A DNA stretch of 64,000 nucleotides from Lama guanicoe (taxonomy: Eukaryota): assembly GCA_013239625.1 (NCBI GenBank), contig MU053645.1, positions 1 through 64,000 of the forward strand, given 5' to 3'. Positions 39,490 through 52,160 of this stretch are shown in pieces. The notes under the pieces are model-generated. The model was not told where the DNA came from, did no database searches, and was given only the letters and a program-made list of their open reading frames with translations. The number at the start of each line of letters is the position of its first letter. Position 1 is the first letter of the stretch. The translations under genes were made by a program, and so were the position numbers.

Positions 39490-39790
39490 AAAAGACAATA
39501 GACATAGGAAACAAAGTATGGTTACCAAAAGGGAAAGAGTGGGGAAGTGTTAAATAAGGAGTTCGAGATTAACATATAAATACATTACTATATATAAAAT
39601 AGATAAACAAGAAGGACCTACTGTATAGCACAGGGAACTATATTCAATTTCTTGTAATAACATATAATGGAAAAGAATCTGAAAAAAATGTGTCTATATA
39701 TATATATATAACCAAATCGCTTTGCTGTACATCTGAAACTAACACAGTAAATCGACTACACTTATATAAAAAAATGAAATTAAAAAAGAC
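39490..39790 (+). mobile_element. LINE-1 3' UTR
   Basis: atggttaccaaaaggg...ctactgtatagcacagggaactatattcaa. Confidence 0.9.
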
Positions 39791-40483
39791 AATAGCCAGT
39801 GAATAGTAAAAGTTACCTTCTTCAAAAACAAAGAATTTCAAATGCAAAAGCATCCCAATATTTTCACCTCATAAGACTGGTAAAACAAACAAAAAATAAT
39901 GGCAAAATCAGATTATCCGAAGTTTGAAGAAACAGGTACCGGGGGCTTGGAGGAGGGTTTGTTTCCCAAGGTCACACAGGAGGGATGTGGAACATGCAAA
40001 TCAGAACTCAGATTAACCAACCACCAAAGTAGGCAGGTATCTCTCCCTAGTATTCATCGCCATAGAAATGCTTATTAAAAATCTTTTTTAAAACTGGTAA
40101 AAATATTATTGTCAATATTTGAGTCTCTCTTTTTCTTTTTGTCTTTATATTTCTAAAACTAAAAAGTCTATTTTTCTGGTTCTGCACCAGATTTCAACAT
40201 ACTTTATAGTTCATATTATTATATCACTTAGAAAGTGTGAATTACGTTCATAGTGTATTTCCTACATACCCTCAAAATATAAATATCATTTTTTCCTGAT
40301 AAAAATGATGCATGCTTATATGTAAACAAATAATAAGAAAATCCCTTTCATAAAAAAGGTCTAAATGAACTGGCACAGCACTCAGAGTTCCCTTCTCATT
40401 ATATCCTTTACTACCAAGTTTATATATAAACTTCCAGTAATTTCATTTCATTTTCTTTACCCATAGAGATCTCATTCTCTCAT

Positions 40484-40592
40484 TTCTCTCTCTCTCTCTT
40501 CCTTTCCTTTCTTTCTTTCCTTCTTTCCTTCTTTCTTTCTCTCTCTCTCTCTCTCTTTCCTTCCTTCCTTCCTTCTTTCTTCCTTTCTCCCT
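40484..40592. repeat. (TC)n/(TTCC)n/(TTTC)n polypyrimidine repeat
   Basis: Visible runs. Confidence 0.9.
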
Positions 40593-40829
40593 TTGGTCAT
40601 TAGTACATACATTGAACAATACCTAGCCCATTAAAGTATCCCTCAAAATCTCAGAAATTTTCAGCTTTTACAAATATTCAAATATTTGTACTGACCCAGA
40701 TCTTCTAGAACCTGGTTTAATATTTAAATACAAACTCAAATTAATATAAATAACAGATATTTATCTCACCCAATCTATGACCGATTAATTCATAGTTTTT
40801 TAATGATCATCAAGAAATAAAATATCTAA

Positions 40830-42648
40830 GAGTTACATCAGCAAGGTGGTGGTATAGGAAGTCTTGGACCCTCTTCCTCCTCAAAAACATATCAATTCAG
40901 CAACAATTCATGGGCAAATTTCCTTTGTGATAAATCCAGAAACTAAATGAAATGTTCCTGCACCCTGGGCAAATATGAAACTAGACTCAATGAAGCCAGC
41001 AAGAAGACCCAGGACACCTTCTCATCTCATTCTCTGCCTCAGGCACAGGGCCATTTGATCAGGAAGAAACCTCCTAGCTCTCAGCTTCTCCAAGGGGAGA
41101 GAAGAGTTTGGTCAGGCACCCTAACTTTTCCTCAGAGGTTCCCCAGAAGACTGGCTTTTGTCTTTCCAGTCTTGGAGCTCTGATATGTCTAGAACAGTCC
41201 AGCCACCTGGGGGACTTGTAGAGACCATAAACCCTCCTCTGCTCAACATCAAGTGAGCAGACACAAATACAGCAGCTTGCCTCTCTTTGAGGAGGGAAAG
41301 AGTTGCTGGAGAGCCTCCAAATCTCTAGCCTAGGTGATGAGTAGGGGTCTTCTCCTGTGTGAGGCCAGGCCATGAAGACTGACTGGGCGAGATGTCTACT
41401 TTGTCTAGGGTACAGACATCAACACAGGGAGTCAAGGAAAATGAAGAATCAGGCAAAGATGTTCCAAACTAAAGGAACACGATGAATCTCCAGAATCTAA
41501 ACTTAATAAAATCAAGATACACGACTTAACAGAAATTGACAGAGAATTCAAATTACATGTCATAACATTGCTCACCAAGATCAAGAGAACAATGCACGAA
41601 CAAAGTGAGAATTTCAATAAAAGATGGACAATGTTAAAAGTTACCAAAAAGAATTCATGGAGCTGAAGAACACAATAATTGAACTGAAAAATTCACTAAA
41701 GGAGTCAACAGGAGACTAGAGCAAGCAGAAGAAAGGATTGGCAAATACAAAAATAATCAATTGAAAATAATTTAGTCAGAGGAACAAAAAATAAAAAATG
41801 AAAAGAATGGGAAACTTTATGGGATTCTATCACACAAATTATGCATAGTGGGAATTCCAGATGGAGAAGAGACAGATAGGACCAGAAAGATTACTCACAA
41901 ATAATAGCTGAAAAATTCCTGAATTTGGAGAAAGAAGTGGACATACATAACCAAGAAGCCCAATGGATCCCAAATAAGATGTAACCAAAGAGATCCACAA
42001 TGAGAAACATTACAATCAATTATCAAAAGTCAAAGAGAATTCTGAAAGCAGGAAGAGAAGGAAAGCCTCACAAGACTGAGTGAATATTTGAAGGGAAAAC
42101 TTGCAAGCCATAAGGGAGTGGAATGATATATTCTGAGTGTTAAAAGAAAAAAATGCCAACCAAAAATTTTTCACCTAGCAACACTGTTCTTTAAAGATTA
42201 AGGGGAGAAAGAGACTCCCTATCCAAAAAAAAAAAAAAAAGCAAAAAACAAAAAACAAAAATCTGAGAGAGTCCATTACTACTTTCCTGCTTCACAAGAA
42301 ATGTTAAAGAGAATTTCTCAAGTTGAAGCAAAAGGACCCTAAACATGAACACAATTGCAAAAGAAAGTATGAAACTCATCAGGAAAGTTAAATATATAGA
42401 CAAATAGAGAATACTGAATTACTGTAATGGTGTTGGGGAAAAAAGCACTTTTAATTGTAGTATTAAAGGTAGAGGACAAAAGTATTGAAGTAACTATAAT
42501 TTTAAAACATTTTAAAAATATGCAATATAAATAGATGTAAACTGTAATGACACTAACATAAAGTATGTGTGTGTGTGTGGTTAAAATGTAGAGTTTTTGT
42601 ATGTGATTGAAGTGAAATTGTTATCAGCTTAAAATAAACTGTGAAAAA
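40830..42648 (+). mobile_element. LINE-1 5' UTR and decayed ORF1
   Basis: Starts catcagcaaggtggtgg and continues into ORF1-like text (gaactgaaaaattcacta, caagaagcccaa, caagaaatgttaaag). Confidence 0.85.
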
Positions 42649-43840
42649 AATGGCAGCCACAACAATCAGGCAAGAAAAAAAAATAAAAGGGATCCAAATT
42701 GGAAGAGAAGAGGTAAAACTGTCACTATATGCAGGTGACATGGTACTATATATAGAAAACCTTAAAAGCTCCACACAAAAACTACTAGAGCTGATAAAAG
42801 AATTTGGCAAGGTAGAAGATACAAGATTAACATACAAAAATCAGTTGCATCATTTGTAAATATTTTCTCCCATTCCATAGATTGTCTTGTTTTGCTTACG
42901 GTTTCCTTTGCTATGCAAAAGCTTGTAAGTTTAATTAGGTCCCATTTGTTTATTTTTGCTCTTACTTCTATTGTCCCTTATCTTTTTTTTCAATAATGCT
43001 TTGGCAGTTCCGAGTCTCTTGTGATTCCATATAAATTTTAGGATTGTTTGTTCTAGTTCTGTAAAAAATGTCCTGGTTAATTTGATAGGGATCACATTAA
43101 ATCTGTAGATTGCCTTGGGCAGTATGGCCATTTTAATGATATTGATTCTTCCAATCCAAGAGCATGGGATATCTTTCCATTTCTTTAAGTCATCTTTAAT
43201 TTCCTTAATCAATATTTTGTAGTTCTCTATGTATGTCTTTTACCTCCTTGGTCAGATTTATTCCTAAGTATTTTATTGTTTTGGATGTGATTTTAAAAGG
43301 GATTGTTTCTTTACTTTCTTTTCCTGCTAATTCATTGTTAGTGTAAAGAAATGCAACTGATTATATTCTTTTTCGTAGTTTTTTGTTTTAGGCTTATTAG
43401 AAGATATTGAATATATTTCCCTGTGCTATATAGTAGGACCTTGTTGTTTATCTATTTTATATATAGTAGTTTGTATCTGCTAATCCCAAACTCCAATTTA
43501 TCCCTCCCCTCCTTATCCTTTTGGTTTGTTTTCTATGTCTGTGATAATATAATATATTCACTATCTTGTAATAAATATATAATAAAAAATATGAAAAAGA
43601 ATATATACCTGTATATATAACTGAGTCACTATGCTGAATATAGTTCCCTGTGCTATTGATGTTTACCTATTTTATATATAGTAGTTAGTACCTACAAATC
43701 CTAAACTCCTAATTTATCCCTTCCCACCCCCTTTGCCCCCTGGGAACCATAAATTTGTTCTCTATGTCCATGAGTTTGTTTCTGTTTTGTAGATAAGTTC
43801 ATTTGTGTCAATTTTTTTTTTAGATTCCACATATAAGGAA
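42649..43840. mobile_element. Rearranged younger LINE-1 (sense ORF2 piece, then antisense ORF2 and 3' UTR pieces)
   Basis: ORF 42641-42859 (+) [20 protein letters not shown] and ORF 42931-43212 (-) [28 protein letters not shown]. Confidence 0.9.
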
Positions 43841-43859
43841 ACTTTTACACTAAAAGAGT

Positions 43860-45140
43860 AGTTTGTCATGGTCCCATGTAATAAAAAATTTTATTCTGGC
43901 ACTTTACTGACACTAGATAAATTTTATAATTGCCTTGTGTTAAAAGGAACTTTTGATAACTATTTTGGTATTGAATATATAGGACAATTTAATGAAAATT
44001 TAGATAATTACTAAAATTTGTTTTTTTTTCCTGATAAGTTGTACCCATGTTTTCACGGGAAATTTTAATACATAATGTTAAAATTTTAGAATATTATATA
44101 CACTGTAAAGTCATAAAATTAATTTAACCCTGTTTAGGATCATCAACATTTTATTTTACATTCAAAAACAGAATCCATTTTAAAGAATCAAAGAGGGACT
44201 AAATAGGCTCTCTCCACGCAGGTGTCAGGCTATTTTAGAGCATAGAGACAAGGAAATTGAATAAATAACTGGTGATTCAGTTATTTACCACCCTCTTCAT
44301 GAGGACCTGACAGTCTCTCCCAAGTTACAGGGGGGATCAGACCCATGTTCTCCAATAAAATAACTCACTTCCTCAAACACGCACACATAAAAAGACACAT
44401 AATCACAGTCATAGTGATGGTAGACTCCGCAATCGGCCAGTTATACATGCATGTATGCCATTCTTCTTCCCCATGAATATCCTTGCTAACCGTTTCTACC
44501 TCTGACCATTAGATAGCATATTCCAGTTGTCACGGAAACCAGAATATCAGCTCAACAATCAGTTTTACATTAGCTTTCCAAGGCAATTGGAGTATAAATT
44601 CATCCTCAGAATCAATGCAATGCATGAATAAGTGAATAAAATGTTAGGAGAAACTATTTCAGCAATTCTCCCAAAATTTACCAGTAGAGTAAAATAAAAG
44701 GATTTTAAAACGATGAGTTAAACTGGAAGAAAAGGCTAGTTGATCATTCTGGGTTTCCTGTCAGACACACAAATACTGAGTTCAATGTCTGTTTAGGATC
44801 ACCTTAGAATATGAAATACCAGATGCTCGTGCTGAAAGGGATTTCAAAATCCATATAGCCCCACACCCAGTGCAAACATTCAATAGCTCCAGACGTCCTG
44901 GTTCCCAAGATTATCACATTCTTTCTATTGTACCTTAAATTTATCATCTAAATCATACATAGCCTTGTACCACAGGTCAGTGGTCCACTTATTACTCATG
45001 ACGCTAACTAAAACTAAATGAATGAATGAGTGAATGAGGTAGAAAAGAAAATGTTACAATCTGGACATCGAGATGACTCTCATGAGAAAGCAGAACCTGA
45101 GTAACATGTGAAAATGAGATTTTTCCCTCTACCAAGATCT
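43860..45140 (-). repeat. Inverted duplication, outer right arm (module copy A')
   Basis: Colinear diverged reverse complement of 12960-14220. Confidence 0.9.
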
Positions 45141-46052
45141 TTGTTGATAATGGAGATACTTGATTACAATAGTCCCTGGGAATGTATTGAGGCCATGTCC
45201 AAGGATTTTTGATACTTTTGTAATAAACTGGGAAGGAGAAAATTTAGTGACTACTAACCTTCCAGGTATAGTATTAGGGAAACCAGCCACTGAGGAGTTG
45301 CCTGGACTAAGGACACTGGTAAATTTTTTGAGAAATGCTTATGGACATGGTAGTCTGAAGAAAACGATTCCAGAAAAGGGAAACTTGCTGACTGCCTGTT
45401 GAAATGGAATATTTACATAACATCAAGAATCTCCCAATAGAATAGTCAAAATATCCAGAATTTGTTAAAAAAATTACTCATCCTACCAAGGACCATGAAA
45501 AACAACTTGAATGAGAATAGATAAACTGCTCCATATTGCTCAGGAACACAGGGCAAAGGATGAATACGAGGTTGCTACTTTAGAGATTATGCTGGTCCCT
45601 AGGCCAAGAGGAAACCTATAGACTATTGTGGGTAATATGCTCATATGTAAGTGTTTTACATATATGCTATGTTAAGATTAATTTTAAAATTGAAATGTAG
45701 GTACATCTGATGATGTCCACACAAACTGATCTACAGAATAGGTAAGCACGTACACAGTTTCTGTAATACACGCTTATTCAGGTTAGAGAGACTGAGCTGA
45801 CTGCAGCTTTGCTTCCTATTAGCAAGCATAGCATAGAAGGGACCCCTCTGTGGTCAGTCAAGGGACTCAAAAGCAAGAAGAACCATCTCAAACCTTCTAG
45901 GACTCATAGGGTATGTCCCAGACAAGTCCAGAAATATACCTTTGTATAAACTGAATGAAGATTTTCAGGATGTTTTTGTGTATGTGAGGAGAAAATGGAA
46001 AAGGAAACCAAGACACACAGCCTTTGTAGTTAAACATAGAAGATAAATATTG

Positions 46053-46206
46053 GTAGGATAGTCAGATTTAGCAAATAAAAGTACAGAAAGCCCAATTAAA
46101 TCTGAATTTCAGGTACACAAAAATATTTCATGGCTCGTGCTTACACTAAAAAACATTCTTTATATGAAATTGAAATGGAGTGTTCCGTATTTGATTTGGC
46201 AACTCT
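46053..46206. mobile_element. MER53-like palindromic DNA transposon
   Basis: tagg...cagatttagcaaataaaa...tgaatttcag ... gtatttgatttggcaactct. Confidence 0.8.
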
Positions 46207-47199
46207 CATACTGGGGTCATTCACAGCCGTGCTTCCTAATCAGCAAGCTACCCAGAAAGACACCTGCAGACTTGAGTTCCGGCTCTGCCACTCACTAGCT
46301 CTGTTACTTTCAGTATAACCTTTCTGTTTCCTAGTCTCCTCTTCTTAGTTTTATTTGCAGGGAGTATTTTTTGACACCACAGAGAATCCTCTCAATTTAA
46401 CAGTTTTCTGCATGAAACTCACAATTAGTCCATGTTTCAATAGGCCAACTTTCTTTAAGTATTACATTTAATTCCTTCCCTTCCCTGTAACCTCAAAGAC
46501 TCGATATTTCCTAAAGCCCCTATAACTGTAAATGACTCAGACATCAGTTATGGGGTTTAAAAAGCAATGTTACTTCCTTTTTCTGGAAGTGAGAGGTATG
46601 TGACTTGGATGTGTGATTCTTTCAGCATCTATTTAATGTCTCTCTGCTGTGCTCCAGGAGAGAACAGACTGTTGTTATGATTATTCATTGCACTGTTTTC
46701 ATAGTAAAAAAAACAACTGGAAGCAAAGTGCCATTATAGGGGATAGAATAAGTTATACAAGGTCAAGGCCAAAATGAAATATTATGCATCAAAGAAAAGA
46801 ATGAGATGAATCTTAAATATATTAATACAGAAAGAAATATAATCAAATGTAAAAATCATATTACACACCAAAGAGATAAAATATCATTAATGTAAAAATC
46901 CCAGATGGAAAACAATACTCTCTATTATTTTCTTAGTACATACAGACATATCCATATCTATGGAAAAAGATTTTGAATGGTACATACAAAACTGATAAAA
47001 TAGATTTGATCTGAAAGAAGTGGAGGAAGAAGAGGATGCTCAGCTGATGAGAGCTGACTCTAATATTAGAGTCATACTGTAAGGTTTAACCAGGAGAATG
47101 TATTTCTATTTTATCTATACATCAAAATATTACTTCCTGAAAAATGATGAAAAAATATTAAAAAAATGTTAGGAATATATTTAAAGAATTGAAAAAACT

Positions 47200-47323
47200 G
47201 GGGGGAGGGTAGAGCTCAGTGGTAGAGTGCATGCTTAGCGTGCATGAAGTCCTGGGTTCAAGCCTCAGTACCTCCAATAAAAAAATAAATGAATAAATGA
47301 AATCTAATTACCCCTCCTTAAAA
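47200..47323 (+). mobile_element. Camelid vic-1-like SINE
   Basis: tagagctcagtggtagagtgcatgcttagc...gtcctgggttcaa. TSD AAAGAATTGAAAAA at 47183 and 47324. Confidence 0.92.
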
Positions 47324-47357
47324 AAAGAATTGAAAAATGGGACAGTAGTTTTTTAAA

Positions 47358-48078
47358 ACATTTTTTATTGAGTTATAGTCATTTTACAATGTTGCGTCAA
47401 ATTCCAGTGCAGAGCACAATTTTTCAGTTATACATGAACATATATATATTCATTATCACTTTTTTTTTCACTGTGAGCTACCATAAGATCTTGTATATAT
47501 TTCCCTGTGCTATACAGTATAATCTTGTTTATCTATTCTACATTTTGAAATCCTAGTCTATCCCTTCCCACCCCCCCGCCCCCTTTGCAACCACAAGTTT
47601 GTATTCTATGTCTATGAGTCTGTTTCTGTTTTGTATTTATGTTTTGTTTGTTTGTTTTTTCTTAGGTTCCACATATGAGGGATCTCATATGGTATTTTTC
47701 TTTCTCTTTCTGGCTTACTTCAGTTAGAGTGACATTCTCCAGGGCCATCCATGTTGCTGCAAGTGGTGTTATGTTGTCATTTTTATGGCTGAATAGTATT
47801 CCATTGTATAAATATACCAAATCTTCTTTATTCAGTCATCTGTTTATGGACATTTAGGCTGTTTCCATGTCTTGGCTATTGTAAACAGTGCTGCTATGAA
47901 CATTGGGGTGATTGGGGTGCAGTGTCATCCTGAAGTAGGGTTCCTTCTGGATATCTGCCCAGGAGCGGGATTCCTGGGTCATATGGTAAGTCTATTCCTA
48001 GTCTTTTGAGGAATCTCCATACTGTTTTCCACAGTGGCTGCACCAAACTGCATTCCCATCAGCAGTGTTAGAGGGTTC
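47358..48078 (-). mobile_element. LINE-1 3' end
   Basis: Antisense 3' UTR and ORF2 end, closely similar to 55240-55960. Confidence 0.9.
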
Positions 48079-48618
48079 AAAAATGGGACAATATTAATAT
48101 AACATAAAAGGGAATTGAAGGGGAATAGCTTTGAAAAACAGATTATCTGGCAACTATTCATTATCAAAGAAACTATTCAATTAAGAAATTGTATAGAGCT
48201 AAGAACATAGGTTAAACAAAAACATTAGAAAAACTGATAGAACTAGAGATAGTGACAAATTCAACAATAAATAAAATTTACTGAAATGTATAGATCAATA
48301 ATTTTAAATCAGATTAGTTAGAGTGAACAGAGAAAAAAGTAGCTGGATGAAAGGTAAAAAATTCTACTGATAAAATGGAGAGGCAACAGAATGAAAATGT
48401 AGAAAATGATATAAGAAATTTATAAGACACGGTGCAAGGAGAGTGACAGTGATTGAGGAAGAAGACAAGATGGATCAGCATTTCTCCAAAAAATGTTGAG
48501 GAAAATCAAGTTGCAGATTCACAGGGTGATCCTGAAAAGCACAGGCTAAGAGGAAACCTGAAAAGCCACTACAGGAAAAAAAGACACAATATTAGTCAGG
48601 GTCCTATCACAGACAGAT

Positions 48619-49150
48619 GTGTATCAGTCAGTGCAGTCAGGGAAACAGAAACCACATGGGTTAGTAAGAGTGGGCATTTAATAGAGAGAATTGGCTCAAC
48701 AGGCTTGTGATGTCTAAATAGACATAAATTGAAGATTAAAGTCATACAGAGAGATAGCAGGCAGACCACGGGAAGATCTGGGTGTTCTGAAAACCTGTAA
48801 GAGGGGAGGATGGTTCCCTCAGTGCTAGGACACAGACTTCTGAGGAAAAGAGACTGCTTAACTTGTGTTGGATGCTAAAAGGGCTCAGCAAAGGGAAACC
48901 CACAAACCAGGGAACCTGTCTCTGCATAAGTGAGCTGCCTGGATGGTACTGAGCCATACAATCTCAGAGAAGGACCCCAGTCCACACAGACCTCTAAGGA
49001 AAGGGAGATCCCAGAAGACTGCTGCTGTAGGGCTTTCTGTTGGTGCACTCATGGGTGCCTTGGAGTTGGCAGATAAACAGAAAAATGGACATTTCTGAAG
49101 GTCCTTTGTTGGGATGACACTATGAGGAATGGGAAACAGAGAGGGAAGTC
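48619..49150 (-). mobile_element. ERVL solo LTR related to 22520-23262
   Basis: tgtatcagtcag...gaaaccaca...tttaatagag...gtgatgtctaaa...agagatagcagg, and cctttgttgggatgacact. Confidence 0.7.
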
Positions 49151-49199
49151 TCTCTCTCTCTCTCTCTGTCATTCTCTCCTTCTCTCTCTCCTTCCTGTT

Positions 49200-49655
49200 T
49201 TAACTATTTTATCTTGAGTGAATTACGGTGAGGTCAGATGCAGATCAAGAGAGAGAAGTCAGAAAGAATGCTACAGTGTTTAATACTCACAGTTCCCTGG
49301 TGAGAACAGCATGACACGCAGGGTCACTCAGGAGAAGCATCGGGTCAGTTTCAAGGCAGAGGGAGAAGGGGAGACCGTGGGCAAGAGCCTTCATCACAGA
49401 TTCTGGGGGAAGAAACAGCAGAGGCAAGGTAAGCAGGTTTAGGATTGACCAGTTTGAATAATTTCATCAGGCTCTAGGGCGTGAGGGCTGTCCCTGTTGT
49501 CTGGTACCTGGTCCTGGAATGATAGTGCAGGAATATAATAGTCTAGAGTGTGAGAGTCCAATAAGGGAGGTGGTTGGGGGTGTGGCCTGAATAGGCTGCT
49601 TGAGAAAGGGAACTGATAGGACTCTAGTCAGGCCCTCAAAACTGAGTCAAGACAG
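49200..49655 (-). mobile_element. ERVL solo LTR (MER54/MER74 group)
   Basis: gtgggcaagagcct...ggtaagcaggtttaggattg...tttgaataatttca...gttgtctggtacctgg. Confidence 0.75.
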
Positions 49656-49679
49656 AATTTTTAAAAAGATTTGTTTGTT

Positions 49680-51700
49680 TATTTATTTATTTAGTGGTAA
49701 AAGGCGCATAACATAAAATTTTCCATCTTAAATTTTTAAAAATTTACAGTTCATTGTTATTAAATACACTCATATTGTTGTGCAACCATCACCACCATCC
49801 ATCCCCATAAGTCTTTTCATCTTGTAAAACTGAAACTCAATACCCATTAAAAAATAACTCCCCATTCTCCCTTCCCCCTCAGGTGCTGGAAACCACCATT
49901 CGACTTTCTGTCTCTATGATTTTGACTACTCTAAGTACTTCATATAAGTGGAATCACATAGTATTTTTCTTTTTCTGACTGGCTTCTTGTCACTTAGCAT
50001 TATGTCTTCAAGGTTCATCCATGGTGTAGCATATGTCAGAATTTCCTTTTTTTGGTAAGGTTTTTAAAGGCTGAATATGGTATGGATATACTACATTTTG
50101 CTTATCCATTCATTCATTGACGGACACTTGGGCTGCTTCCACATTTTAGCTGTTGTGAATAATGCTGCTATGAACATGGGTTTACAAAAGTCTCCTTGAG
50201 ATGCTGCCTTCAATTCTTTTGGATCTCCATCCAGAAAAATCGCTCAATTCTATGGTAATTCAATTTTTATTTTTTTGAGGAGCCATCATACTGTTTTCCA
50301 CAGCAGCAGCTGTACCATTTTACATTCCCACCAGCAGTGTACAAGGGTTCCAACTTCTCCACATCCTTGCCAGCACTTGTTCAGCATCTTTATTTTAGTT
50401 CTTTTGAATTCTCTTTCAGTTAATCATATATCTACATTTCATTTAGGGTTAGTTTCTGGAACTTTTTTTGTTTGGAACATATTTCCCTGCTTCTTCATTT
50501 CCCTTGATTCTTTGTGTTGGTATCTGTGCATTAGACAAAAAAGCCATCTCTCTTATTCTTCACAGACTGGCCTCATACAGGAGAAGACCAGCACCGATTA
50601 CCTTGGCCAAACGTTCTGGAGGCCTCTCAAAGCTTTGTGCTAGTCCAAACAACCGTCTTTGTTCTTAGCCATCCAGAGGTATCTGATCACTCCCCAGGGA
50701 GAAGCTGGAAGCTGTTATTTATCACCTGCTTGCACTGTGCTGAACTGGTGGGTGGAGCTAGAGTGAGTTTCAGCTTGCTAGTTCAAACTGCAGACTTTTT
50801 TCTTAGTGTCTACAGTATTCTGGGTCCTATCAACACTCTGAGACAGGCAAGGCAGAAACCAGTACCTCAGGAATCCTCCAGCAAAGTAGAACATTGGACA
50901 TTTGGCCCAGTTCTTGCTTTCCCTTCCCAGGTACAAGCTTGGAGCTGAGAGTGCCTTATGATCATATGGCCTTGTGACAGATGTAATGCTTGAAAGAGGG
51001 TGTCTTGAATTTTCCTACTGGCTTACATGTGGCTGGTTTCACTCTCACTCTGGATCCTGGAGCCTCTCAGCTAGTTTCTGGATTTCTTTCAAAGAGAGTT
51101 GATCAGTGTATTGTTCAATTAGTGTGTCATTGCTTTATTGATATACTGCTTTCAAGTTCATGGATTTCTACTCTTATTTTTATTATTTCATTCTTCCTGC
51201 TTGTTGTGGGTATAATATGCTTTTCTTCTTCTAATTCCTTAATGTGGTAATTCAGATCATTGATTAGGGATCTTTCCTTCTTTCCTATTCATGATATAGA
51301 TTTCTAAGTATTGTTTTAGAAGCATCACAAAAATTTGGATATGTTGTGTTTCATTTTTATTCCATTCAAAAGAGTGTCTAATTTTCCTTATGGCTTCCCC
51401 TTTGACATAGTGAGTTACTTATGAATGATGTTTGATTTTAAAACAATGGGGATTAAAAAATTTTTTTAATAATTTATTTCTAGTTTAATTCCATTATGGT
51501 CAGAGAAGATATTTTGTATAATTTTAGTATTTTCATCTTACTGAGGATTTTTCATGGTCTAAAATATATGTATATAGATAGGTACACAGACGTGGATGTA
51601 GGTGTAGATGTTGGTATAGATATAGGTATATATATCCACGCATTCTATTCAAATTTTATTGTATTCAGTGGCAGAGATGGGTGGCATGTGCTTATTTTGT
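49680..51700 (-). mobile_element. Several antisense LINE-1 fragments (3' UTR, 5' region, ORF2)
   Basis: Antisense L1MB-type 3' UTR at 49690-50380, followed by other L1 pieces. Confidence 0.75.
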
Positions 51701-52010
51701 ATTACCTGGAACCAGAACCAGCATTCCCATTTCCATATGTTTCTCCCACTATTTTCATCTCACAAACACACACAAAGCCTACAAACCAACTCCCTTTTCT
51801 TCAGAAGACTAAATATAAATCTTTATACCCAGAAGCCAATAGTCAAGGCTTACTTTAAATGCCAGAGCACTAGAAAGTAAAGATGTATAAAATATACTCC
51901 ACTGTTCGATGAATACACCCTGCGTATATAAATATCCTAGTAATGCAGTGGAAAAATTATGTTTGTCACAAATGTGAGCACAAAACTCTCCTTTGCTTTA
52001 AAAAAAACCT

Positions 52011-52160
52011 GGGGGGAGGTTATAGCTCGGTGGTAGAGCACATGCTTCGCATGCACGAAGTCCTGGGTTCAATCCCCAGTATTGTCATTAAAATAAATAA
52101 ATAAATAAACCTAATTACCTTCCCCTTCATCCTCCCCGCCCCAAAAAACAATAAATACAT
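52011..52160 (+). mobile_element. Camelid vic-1-like SINE
   Basis: tatagctcggtggtagagcacatgc...gtcctgggttcaatccccagta with a (TAAA)n tail. Confidence 0.92.

Noticed and set aside
47200..52090. tRNA genes
   Set aside because: The tRNA-like heads have AT-rich tails and TSDs, so they are SINEs.
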